Shown here: positions 49,490-57,901 of the stretch, piece by piece
Layout of the letters: every line of letters starts with the position of its first letter
Numbering within the stretch: position 1 is the first letter of the stretch
NCBI GenBank assembly: GCA_964019335.1
Contig: OZ025737.1
Coordinates: 248,001-312,000 of the forward strand
Reading direction: 5' to 3'
Source: Diplonema japonicum
Taxonomy: Eukaryota > Protista > Euglenozoa: Diplonemea
Length of the DNA: 64,000 nucleotides
Translations under genes and position numbers: made by a program
Notes under the pieces: generated by a model
The model's input: only the letters and a program-made list of their open reading frames with translations
Told to the model about the DNA's origin: nothing
Database searches by the model: none

Positions 49490-50407
49490 ATGTCGTCAAC
49501 AGCAACACACATGGATGACTGGTTTCCGGAGAAGCCGCTTACAGGGTGGCTGGAAAGTGTGACGAATATAGTATCGGACCTGGCAATGGCAGCAACAGGG
49601 ACTGGGGAGTCACCGGAGGAAGATGAGACAATTTCAGAAACAGCAGGCGAACAAAGCAGCGCAGGAATGGTATGGCCAGATGGTGTCAGAGGAACCTGCC
49701 ACAAGAAGGCAGTGGGCGGGCAAACCCCGAACATAAACAGCAATCACTTACAACACTTGCCGAGAAAGTTGGGCAGATCCAACAAGGCAGATGACTTGGG
49801 AATCGGCAACCCTATAGACATCCTGAAGTGGGAGGCTGTAACATTCCCTGACAATCAGATAAATCTCGCAAAAAACAAAGGTGCGGGTTTTGCCCCGGGA
49901 CTTCCCACTCTAAACCCCATTCTAAAGGTAGAAGAGGTCCCCATCGGTGCTGATGCCTCAGCAACACCTTTAGGAGCCTGCAGAGCGTCTACACTGTCGC
50001 AGGTCAATCGTTCTTCCGATGCGTCTCTTCAAAGAGGCCTGCCGCACCTCAACGGGGATGACTCTGTGGCCCCGCCTCCAGTTCTTGTCGCGCTTACAGC
50101 TTCTGTCATTAGTTCCTTAGAAAGTACCGTTAGAATAGCCACACCCGGCACATTCATCCCTTCCCCCTCGCCCCCTCCCGACTACCGGGAGCAAGGCCGC
50201 CCAGTCTACGATTACTTACAAATCCAAAAAGGGAGAACAGGCGACGGGCAAGGTGGTGAGCCAACACCCTCCGAAGGCCCCCCCGCGAGCAATATTAACT
50301 TCAGATTCCTCAAGCTCTCGAAAGACCCAGAGCACACGTGGAAAGTTCCCGATAGGACGAGGCTGGTCGATAATTATTTGGGGAAGGTTTTTAAAGAAGA
50401 GGAGTGA
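49490..50407 (+). CDS. Hypothetical protein (305 aa)
   Basis: Long ORF in a balanced-composition island between homopolymer-rich spacers; no motif recognised. Confidence 0.6.
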   Translation: MSSTATHMDDWFPEKPLTGWLESVTNIVSDLAMAATGTGESPEEDETISETAGEQSSAGMVWPDGVRGTCHKKAVGGQTPNINSNHLQHLPRKLGRSNKADDLGIGNPIDILKWEAVTFPDNQINLAKNKGAGFAPGLPTLNPILKVEEVPIGADASATPLGACRASTLSQVNRSSDASLQRGLPHLNGDDSVAPPPVLVALTASVISSLESTVRIATPGTFIPSPSPPPDYREQGRPVYDYLQIQKGRTGDGQGGEPTPSEGPPASNINFRFLKLSKDPEHTWKVPDRTRLVDNYLGKVFKEEE

Positions 50408-50476
50408 GGAGATGCATCCCCCCCCTTTATTTCTTCTTACTTTCTCTCAGGAAAAAAAAAAAGAGAAGGAAACAAA

Positions 50477-51076
50477 ATGCCGGTTAAGGGGAAGAGGGAA
50501 AAGAAGGAAAAGAAGGAGAAAAACCATAAAAAAGAAGCAAGTGAAGCGAAGAGGAAGCGAGAAGAGTCGAAGAAGAGTGATGCCGAACCGAAGAAGAAAA
50601 GGGCAAAGAAGGAAGAAGATGAGGAAGGCGACGACGTGGGAATGCTGGAAGAGATGATGATGGAGGGCAAGGCCGGCAGCGTAGAAGAAGAGAGTGACGA
50701 AAGCAGCGAAAACAGCGAGTCAGAAAGCAAAGAGGCAGCAAAAGCCGAGTCGGACGAAGAAGCGAGTATTGAACCATCAGAAGATGGTGAGGATGAGGCG
50801 GCAAGCTACCCGTCCTCTTCTTCCTCTGAAGACGACCCAAGCGAGCCACCGTCCCCTGCCAAGGCTAAGAATTCCAGCATCGCCCAGAGGCAGTTAAAAG
50901 CCCTGAATTCTCTCAGCTCCTCAATACCCTCCTCAGTCCCCTCTGCTATACTTCGAAAGACGACCTCTTGCACGCTCTCTTCAGAGAGGCAGAAGGCCCT
51001 TGCAGAGCTGTACTCCAAAGCCAGCAAGATCGAGAAGGCGCATCTCAATACGATGTTCCCACAGTACCGACAGTAG
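50477..51076 (+). CDS. K/E/S-rich hypothetical (probably nuclear) protein
   Basis: 199-aa ORF with PKKKRAKK NLS-like motif; upstream pyrimidine tract + AG at 50449-50450. Confidence 0.6.
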   Translation: MPVKGKREKKEKKEKNHKKEASEAKRKREESKKSDAEPKKKRAKKEEDEEGDDVGMLEEMMMEGKAGSVEEESDESSENSESESKEAAKAESDEEASIEPSEDGEDEAASYPSSSSSEDDPSEPPSPAKAKNSSIAQRQLKALNSLSSSIPSSVPSAILRKTTSCTLSSERQKALAELYSKASKIEKAHLNTMFPQYRQ

Positions 51077-51138
51077 TGTCCCGTGCTTCCCCTTTCTTTT
51101 AACTTATACCATATCACCCCTCCGCCAGGACTAATGCG

Positions 51139-52197
51139 ATGAAGCTAGTAACGTACCTGTGGGTGCTCATAGCAATATGCATGGTGGCGGTGTTGAAGCA
51201 GTTCAAGGCGGTCGCAGATGAGGACAAGAAAGACGACGACGTTGTGGTGACAGAGGTGAGCGTGAAGATAGTAGAGGACAGCAGCGTGGTGGCGGAAAAA
51301 CAGCCTGTGCAGCCGACAGGGGATGGGGTGAGGTTCTACTGCATGCAAACAAAAAAGTCCTCTGCTTGGTGCAGGATGCTTCACTCTGCGTCCTACCACG
51401 GGTTCAAGGTGGACCACCACAACTGGGGTGACGCCTACGTCCATGCAAAGAGGATCAAGTGGGTTCTTGAAATCACCCGACGTCTGCCGCCTGACCAGAT
51501 AGTTGCCTTTAACGACGGCACAGACGTGATGTTCAATGGCGGGATGCGAGAGATGGAGGCACGGTTCATGCAGATGGAGGCTAAATGGCGCAAGAGCCTG
51601 TTTTTCAACGCCGAGAAATCCTGCTACGCCCAGCAAGCCTTCCCAGAAGGAAAATGCAGCAAAAACTGCCGCTGGGCTTTGAAAAAGGCCCGGTGCCTCA
51701 CAACCTACCGCAACACCATATGGTCAAACGGGACAGAAGCCATTTCGAAGTGGCGGTACCTCAACGCAGGGTGCTTTATCGGGCGAGCTGGCTCCGTAAA
51801 GCTGTTCTTCTCCAAGGTCGCGGAGATCACCTTTAAACCTGACGGGGTGACATTACTTCCTGGTGTGTGGTGCGACCAGTCTATGATCACAAAGACTCTC
51901 CTCTCCCACCCTGCTTTGTACAGAGACACAGTGGGGCTTGATATCGAGAACAGGATATACCTCCCGGCGTATCATTTGCACCCAGATGTGGACTTCTGTC
52001 CGTCAGGCTCCTTGCATCCATGTCACAACAAGGAGCACCCTCGTGAAGAGCCCCTCATCTACCACCTCAACGGAAAATCGGGTACCGCCCTTGCCTCGCA
52101 CGCTACTAACTGGTCGTCCTCGACACCCCTCGACCCTGCTGCGCACCACCACCTTGTGTCTGGGAAGCAGCGTTCCCTCGTCAGCCTCTGCGGGTGA
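51139..52197 (+). CDS. PLOD-type (procollagen lysyl hydroxylase GT-domain-like) glycosyltransferase, type II membrane protein
   Basis: N-terminal TM; FNDGTDVMF, FNAEKSC, YLNAGCFIGRA, DQ, LDIENRI, HLNG. Confidence 0.8.
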   Translation: MKLVTYLWVLIAICMVAVLKQFKAVADEDKKDDDVVVTEVSVKIVEDSSVVAEKQPVQPTGDGVRFYCMQTKKSSAWCRMLHSASYHGFKVDHHNWGDAYVHAKRIKWVLEITRRLPPDQIVAFNDGTDVMFNGGMREMEARFMQMEAKWRKSLFFNAEKSCYAQQAFPEGKCSKNCRWALKKARCLTTYRNTIWSNGTEAISKWRYLNAGCFIGRAGSVKLFFSKVAEITFKPDGVTLLPGVWCDQSMITKTLLSHPALYRDTVGLDIENRIYLPAYHLHPDVDFCPSGSLHPCHNKEHPREEPLIYHLNGKSGTALASHATNWSSSTPLDPAAHHHLVSGKQRSLVSLCG

Positions 52198-52300
52198 GGC
52201 AAACGAAGGCCATTAACATTTTTTTTTTAAACAGTCTCTTTTTATAGTTCTTTTTATTTTTTTTCTTCTCCAAAACCTGTTGCCACCCCCACTAGACACC

Positions 52301-53005
52301 ATGTGCAACGAGATCTATCTTGACGGGGTACAGTGGGGGTGCCATGGACCGACGGATTCCTTAAAAGATCTACGGAAGGAGCTGCTTGGTCTAGGTGTCG
52401 AGGTGGGGGAGACAACCATACCACGTGCATCGCAAGGGGGTGCAGACACCAAGAAGACGGGGATTTGTAACGAAGACGACGGTGGCAGGATAGGTGGGGA
52501 GGTGAGAGTGCTCAGCATGCGAAGGGAGCTGGCGATACTAGAGGGGGAAGACAAACAAGCAAAGCAACAGGCGTGGAAAGAGAAAAGATTAAAGGTAGCA
52601 GTGGCACTGCTAGAGGCGGAGAGGGACGGGAAAGAAAAGGTGCTTGTGATGGAAGAAAGCGACACAAGGAGAGCCCTTATGAGGGAAGCAGCAACCAGCA
52701 CCATGCTGCAGGAGCACAGGGTTAAGGTGCGCGAGTACGCAGAAGCACTGCAGGAACGGGCCATAGACCATCAAATAGACGAGGTGCAATGGATCGTGAA
52801 TGAGGGCCACCGCGAGATGCTGGACAACGCAAGGTACAAAGTGGCCAGAGAGTTTGAGGCACTCGAGAACTGCCACTACGAGCGAGCCGCAAGAGACCAG
52901 ATGCGCCGCGAGGCCATCAACAGGATATTCAAAGCTGATAGCGCACTCTTCAAGGTTGAGGCCTCCACATTGCGGGACGTAGAAACCCCCCTCCACACGA
53001 CCTGA
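52301..53005 (+). CDS. Coiled-coil hypothetical protein
   Basis: ORF from ATG 52301; E/R/A-rich helical content (MEESDTRRALMREA). Confidence 0.6.
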   Translation: MCNEIYLDGVQWGCHGPTDSLKDLRKELLGLGVEVGETTIPRASQGGADTKKTGICNEDDGGRIGGEVRVLSMRRELAILEGEDKQAKQQAWKEKRLKVAVALLEAERDGKEKVLVMEESDTRRALMREAATSTMLQEHRVKVREYAEALQERAIDHQIDEVQWIVNEGHREMLDNARYKVAREFEALENCHYERAARDQMRREAINRIFKADSALFKVEASTLRDVETPLHTT

Positions 53006-53150
53006 GGTTGAACACGCAGTGCTTTTCCAAGCCTATCTTGTGTTCTCAGCATTTTTATCGTTTTTTTTTCTTCTTTTTTCTCTGTGCTACGCTCTAACCT
53101 CACCACAGTGAACATCTTTTCCAAACCTTTTCAAACTTTTAATTAAAAAA

Positions 53151-54245
53151 ATGTCATCCCCCAAGCCTTGGATTGCGGAGTACCTTTGGGTTGCAGGGCG
53201 CAACACGTACACGGACCTGCGTTCGAAGTACAAGACGATGACCGGGGTGTCCCTGGAGAAGGCGGAGCTGTCGGACATGCCGGTGTGGAACTTCGACGGG
53301 TCGTCGACGAACCAGCACAGGGGGAGCAACACGGAGATCATCATCAAGCCTGTGGCGATGTTCCCGCACCCGTTCATCGAGAACGCGAAGGCGGTGCTTT
53401 GCGAGTGCTACTACCCGGAGGGGGAGGCGGAGAGGGCGAACACGCGAAAGGTGGCTGCGGAGATCTTCGAGCGACACGCGGAGGAGGAGCCGATGTTCGG
53501 GCTGGAGCAGGAGTACTTCATCTTCAAGAACGGGAAGCCGTTCATGTGGCCTGAGAACGGGTACCCGGCGCCGCAGGGAGACTACTACTGCGCGAACGGG
53601 TCGCAGGTGTGCGGGCGAGAGCTCGCCCTGGAGCACTACCAGGCGTGCCTCAGGACGGGGCTGAAGATCTCCGGGGTGAACGCGGAGGTGGCACCGTCGC
53701 AGTGGGAGTTCCAGATCGGACCCTGCATCGGGGTGGAACAGGGGGACCACATGGTGATGGCGAGGTGGATCTTCCAGAAGATCGCTGAGAAGTACGGGCT
53801 TGAAATCAACTACGAGCCGAAGCCGATCAAGGGAGACTGGAACGGGTCCGGGTGCCACATGAACTTCTCGTCGAAGGCGATGCGCGAGGAAGGGGGCATG
53901 AAGGAGATCACCGAGGCCTGCGAGAGGCTCTCCAAGACCTACCTGGACGACGTGAAGTTCTACGGAGGGGACAACATGGAGAGGATGACCGGGGCCCACG
54001 AGACCTCCAAGCTCTCCGAGTTCACCTACGGGATCGGGACCAGGCACACCTCCGTCAGGATCGGGAACGACATCGCAAAGGCCGGGAAGGGATACTTCGA
54101 GGACAGGAGGCCCGCCTCCAACATCGACCCCTACATCGCCACCGCCAGGTTCTTCGCATCCAGCATGGGACACGAGGGTCCCTCCGTCGACCTCCTCACC
54201 CCCCAGCCTTGGTGGGAGGTTCTCGAGGCTGAGGCCAAGCAGTAG
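53151..54245 (+). CDS. glnA: Glutamine synthetase type II
   Basis: WNFDGSST, FGLEQEY, SGVNAEVAPSQWEFQIGP, PKPIKGDWNGSGCH, GAHET, YFEDRRPASNIDPY. Confidence 0.97.
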   Translation: MSSPKPWIAEYLWVAGRNTYTDLRSKYKTMTGVSLEKAELSDMPVWNFDGSSTNQHRGSNTEIIIKPVAMFPHPFIENAKAVLCECYYPEGEAERANTRKVAAEIFERHAEEEPMFGLEQEYFIFKNGKPFMWPENGYPAPQGDYYCANGSQVCGRELALEHYQACLRTGLKISGVNAEVAPSQWEFQIGPCIGVEQGDHMVMARWIFQKIAEKYGLEINYEPKPIKGDWNGSGCHMNFSSKAMREEGGMKEITEACERLSKTYLDDVKFYGGDNMERMTGAHETSKLSEFTYGIGTRHTSVRIGNDIAKAGKGYFEDRRPASNIDPYIATARFFASSMGHEGPSVDLLTPQPWWEVLEAEAKQ

Positions 54246-55472
54246 AGGCTGAAAGAGAAAGGAAATAATTAGAACAGACAACTCGAAAAGAAAAGAGAAA
54301 ACATTAAAACCTTTTAAATTGTGTTCAAAAGAGAGTCAGAAAGAGTAGCTGAATCGTGAGGGGGGAGCAGCTGGACAAGGCCTGCTTTGGGGTCCAAAAG
54401 AAAAAGAAGAAGAATAAAGCAACGCAACTTGTCCTGCTGCTTCATATCCCCGCGGTTCTTTCCCCTTACTACTTTATGACTAGAAATCGACACAAGTACC
54501 TACGAGGGATGTGCCCCATTTGTCCCTTCCCTCCTTTATCCCCAGAATGTTTTTTTAATAGCCGATTCACACCTTTTTCTATCTGTAAAGCTACCCCACC
54601 TACATAACTTTCTTTTTTTTTTGATGAACTTTTTTTTTCTTCATTTTGCATTTTTCCTTTCAATAAAAAGTAAGAATCTTTAAATTTTCTTCTTCTTTTC
54701 AAAAAATAAGACGGATGACCGGACCCCTTTGGAAAAAGAGGGAAAAAAAAAAAAAAAAGGAAAAAAAGAACCTGATAAGATAACGATGTAAAACAAAAAC
54801 AAACAAAAAAAAAAAAGAAAACCTCTACTGCTTTAGCCCTCGCGAACGGGGGATGACATTTTTTTTTTCTTTCCTTTTTTTCTTTTTTTTTTCTTTTTGT
54901 AATTACAATCATATTTTATTTCTTTTTCGACTTTTTTTTTGTATCAAGAAGGGAGAGTAGCCCTTTTCTTTTTTCCCATAGAATGAAAAAAAGAAAAAAA
55001 AAAAAGAAAAAAAAAACAGAGAAATTGAAGCAACGAAGAAAAAAAAAATGTTTTAGAAAAAAAAAAAAAAAAAAAAAAGAAATCTCAATTTTTTCTGTTT
55101 TTACCCTCATTTTCCCCTTTTTGCTTCCCGACCCCCATTCATTCCTTTCATGTTGAAAAAAAAGATTTTTTTTTTCTATTTCTTGGAGTTGCATTTCCCC
55201 TTGCCAGTATGAAAGCCTCAACGAAGCAGCCTATCTTAATAACACTTTAATTCCTTAATCAGCTTCTCAAAGCGATGGGACACTGCGTTAGGAGAAGAGG
55301 GCATGTACGTTGGGGTGCAGAGGGAAAGGTATTCTCCGGGATGTCATTTTCTTTCCTTTTTTTTTTTCTTCTTCTTTTTTTTTCCTATGTTCCATTTTTT
55401 TATTATTATTTTATTTTCACTATTTTTTTGTTTCCCCCCCCCCCCGAAAAAAAATTCAAGGAGAAAAAAAAA

Positions 55473-56261
55473 ATGCCCCATCGACAAAACACAATACTGG
55501 TGCTTCTTTGCACTGTAGTACTACATTGCACTGCGAGTGATGCTTCATCATGTGACGAAGCTCAAAAACAACCGATGACCGCCGTTGTCATAGGCGGAAC
55601 AGGGGCCATCGGGAGGGAACTCGTCCGCGAATTAGTCCAAAGCACCTACTTCGAAAAGGTGAAGGTTCTCGTGAGAAAAAGCAGAGATGAAGGGTTCTAC
55701 GGCCTGACAGCAGACGAGGCAGCCGCCAAGATGGAACAACAAGTCGTAAACTTCGACGATCTGAAGGAAGAGGACTTCACAGGGTACGGGTACGGCTTCT
55801 CTGCCTTCGGAACGACAAGGAAAGACGCTGGGAGTGCAGAAGAGTTCAAAAGAATCGACTACGGGTACAACGTAAAGGCCGCAGAGCTCATGAAGAAAGG
55901 CGGTGTGAAGCACATGCAGCTCGTGTCGTCGCAGGGCAGCAACGCAAACAGCTGGCTTCTATACCCCAAAACGAAGGGCGAGATTGAAGATTTTCTCAAA
56001 GGCCTTTCCTTTGAGAAGCTTACCATCTGGAGGCCCGGGCTCCTCGCAGGCCGCCCGCAAGGCCGTTCCTTCGAAGGCCTCGCCAACACCCTCACACCGA
56101 ACTTCTTCCGCATCCACGTCCGTACCGTTGCGAGAGCCATGCTCTACGACACCACACAGCCGCAGAGCACAGCACCCACAGCAATCATCGAGAACAGCGG
56201 TATCAAGTCATATGTGGAAGAAGTAGGTGGGAAGGATGCTCTCTTCGATGAGTCGTACTAG
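55473..56261 (+). CDS. HTATIP2/TIP30 (CC3)-like NAD(P)-binding oxidoreductase with a predicted N-terminal signal/anchor
   Basis: GGTGAIG, FGTTRKDAGSAEEFKRIDY, SSQGSN, YPKTKGEIE, IWRPGLL. Confidence 0.9.
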   Translation: MPHRQNTILVLLCTVVLHCTASDASSCDEAQKQPMTAVVIGGTGAIGRELVRELVQSTYFEKVKVLVRKSRDEGFYGLTADEAAAKMEQQVVNFDDLKEEDFTGYGYGFSAFGTTRKDAGSAEEFKRIDYGYNVKAAELMKKGGVKHMQLVSSQGSNANSWLLYPKTKGEIEDFLKGLSFEKLTIWRPGLLAGRPQGRSFEGLANTLTPNFFRIHVRTVARAMLYDTTQPQSTAPTAIIENSGIKSYVEEVGGKDALFDESY

Positions 56262-56556
56262 GAAAGAACGGGATTAATAAAATTCTGCTTTTCTTTTGCA
56301 CTGTCCCACGTTTCACCCGCAACGCACAGCACCCAGCTGCCTATCATCTGCCAAAGATCGGAGGTGAAGCCTCTACCAGGGCAGTGTCTGAGGTCGCAAG
56401 TTAATGCTTCTAACTTCTTTTTTTTGGTCTAGCTTTTTTATTTTATTTTTTTAGCTATGTTCGTGTCGGAGAGAGGGGGGGGGGGGGGGGGGGGGGGCGT
56501 CACTTTCTTCATTCATCCCCATGTGGGAGAAATAGAATTGTTTCGAAATGTTCTCA

Positions 56557-56626
56557 GCTTCCAGTTCAAAAAGATTCTCAGCCCTGCTCATGCGGTCAAT
56601 CTTTACCTACACTGGAAGCGACACAT
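56557..56626 (+). ncRNA. Candidate single-hairpin H/ACA-like RNA (ACA-ending), target unresolved
   Basis: Perfect lower stem GCTTCCAG/CTGGAAGC, internal loop, upper stem AAGATT/AATCTT, then ACA. Confidence 0.5.
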
Positions 56627-56653
56627 TCGATTCGAGGAAAGACGTGAGAAGAC

Positions 56654-56727
56654 CTCACCAAGAGCTTCCCTGGTGCCCGTTATTTTGAACAAATCAAAAG
56701 GAGCACCCCTACGCAACTGGGAGATGA
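56654..56727 (+). ncRNA. AGA-box pseudouridylation guide snoRNA, predicted LSU rRNA target GUAGG-(Psi)A-AGGGAAG
   Basis: 5' pocket CTTCCCT, upper stem GGTGC/GCACC, 3' pocket CCTAC; AGA (56722-56724) 14 nt from the upper stem. Confidence 0.78.
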
Positions 56728-56756
56728 CAAATAAATAAATAAATAAAAAAAGAAAT

Positions 56757-56827
56757 CATCAGGTGGAAATTAGGCCCTCTTTCGGCCTGAAATGCCACAT
56801 GAGGGTGCATCACAGACACCGAGACAG
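56757..56827 (+). ncRNA. AGA-box snoRNA copy 1, predicted SSU rRNA target immediately 3' of GUCUGUGAUGC
   Basis: Stems GGTG/CACC and GCCCTC/GAGGGT; 3' pocket GCATCACAGAC antisense to conserved SSU GTCTGTGATGC; AGA 15 nt from the upper stem. Confidence 0.8.
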
Positions 56828-56830
56828 TGC

Positions 56831-56892
56831 GGGTTCATCAGTGGCCCAGGCAACCATGAGAGGTGCCGAGTATCGAGTCCGGACCTAGACCT
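56831..56892 (+). ncRNA. Candidate AGA-box snoRNA, target unresolved
   Basis: Lower stem GGGTTC/GGACCT directly followed by AGA; upper stem GGCA(A)CC/GGTGCC. Confidence 0.5.
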
Positions 56893-57063
56893 TCCTCGAA
56901 AAGGCTTCTGTGCTGAGAAAGGCAAATTCACCTGACAAGATGAGTGGGGAGGTGTTGACTTGTCACAAACTGTCCTGGTTGCAGTGCTGCAGTGCACTTG
57001 ACAACCCTTTAAACGGTTTGGGCGGACTGTGTTCGCCATTTTTATGTGGTGGGGTGCAACGGA

Positions 57064-57134
57064 CATCAGGTGGAAATTAGGCCCTCTTTCGGCCTAAAAT
57101 GCTACATGAGGGTGCATCACAGACACCGAGACAG
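57064..57134 (+). ncRNA. AGA-box snoRNA copy 2 (duplicate of 56757-56827)
   Basis: 77-bp direct repeat at offset 307; the two substitutions lie in the apical part, leaving pocket and box unchanged. Confidence 0.8.
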
Positions 57135-57156
57135 TGCGGGCAAAGGTAGAATGAAC

Positions 57157-57223
57157 ATCACATCGAATCCCCTGTGACAGCCATCTGGATCAAGTCATGG
57201 GTCCAGACAACCGTGAAAGAGGA
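57157..57223 (+). ncRNA. AGA-box snoRNA, predicted SSU rRNA target UUGUCUGG-(Psi)U-GAUUC
   Basis: 5' pocket GAATC, upper stem CCTGTGAC/GTCATGGG, 3' pocket CCAGACAA, lower stem TCAC/GTGA; AGA 15 nt from the pocket start. Confidence 0.8.
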
Positions 57224-57239
57224 AAGGCGGCGGCAACAC

Positions 57240-57305
57240 GGCACCCGAGTCAGCTTGCCCAGCCACTACTTGTAGGCGGCAAGTGTTAAGGTGGGGCCCA
57301 GACAC
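57240..57305 (+). ncRNA. AGA-box snoRNA, predicted SSU rRNA target within CUUAAUUUGACUC
   Basis: 5' pocket GAGTCA, upper stem GCTTGCC/GGCAAGT, 3' pocket GTTAAG; AGA (57300-57302) 15 nt from the upper stem. Confidence 0.82.
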
Positions 57306-57415
57306 CCGACTATATCTGCGGATTTGAGGGAAAAAAAAAGAAGAAACACAAAAGGATTACACAAGTGAGCTCCGGATGGTTACACATTGAAACTATAAGA
57401 CGACATAAATTTTTA

Positions 57416-57676
57416 ATGGGCGGTGTAAAGATTTCCCTTGGGGACTCAGGGGGCATCAAAGCCACCGACACCTCAAAACACAAAGTGAAGGGGAAGGCTG
57501 CTCCTCCTCCAGCGAAGATCGAGCAGGTGGACACAGAGCCGGCTTGCAACACGCTACAGTCAGAGGCAGAGTGTATTGGCGCAATGTACCCTAATGGGGG
57601 ACGGTACTGCGGTTGGAACAAGAGCTCCAAGACGTGCGCCAACAGCAGTATGGTGCCAGGGTGCTCAGTGCAGTGA
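57416..57676 (+). CDS. 86-aa Cys-containing protein ending in a CaaX motif (CSVQ)
   Basis: MGGVKISLG...CNTLQSEAEC...YCGWNKSSKTC...PGCSVQ*. Confidence 0.6.
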   Translation: MGGVKISLGDSGGIKATDTSKHKVKGKAAPPPAKIEQVDTEPACNTLQSEAECIGAMYPNGGRYCGWNKSSKTCANSSMVPGCSVQ

Positions 57677-57901
57677 ATTGACTTTTGTTGTTGCAAAAAC
57701 GGTTTTAACTTAAACTTCTTTTACTCACAAGTTGGTTTCACGACCAACACCACGACGAGAGGGTCGAACACAAGATGAGGTGGATGTCGTTAGGCGATCC
57801 TGTCACATACTGCAGGTTCCCTTAAAAGACACGTTTTTTTTTAATAGTATTCTACAACCTCCTTTTCAAAACCCAAAAAATAAAAAAGAAGGAGGTCGAA
57901 A

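Noticed and set aside
50403-50477. Fusion of ORFs 49490 and 50477 through a GTGAGG...CTCAG intron
   Set aside because: The spliced product is out of frame as assembled (an 11-A run could hide an indel); a trans-splice acceptor is the simpler reading.
53154-54281. 375-aa antisense ORF over glutamine synthetase (likewise 3318-4730, 38711-39781, 58298-59113, 21-695)
   Set aside because: Shadow ORFs caused by high GC3 or repetitive codon use on the real strand; no independent motifs.
56320-56405. Additional snoRNA hairpin (GCTGCC/GGCAGT)
   Set aside because: No AGA/ACA at the proper distance and no recognisable rRNA complement.
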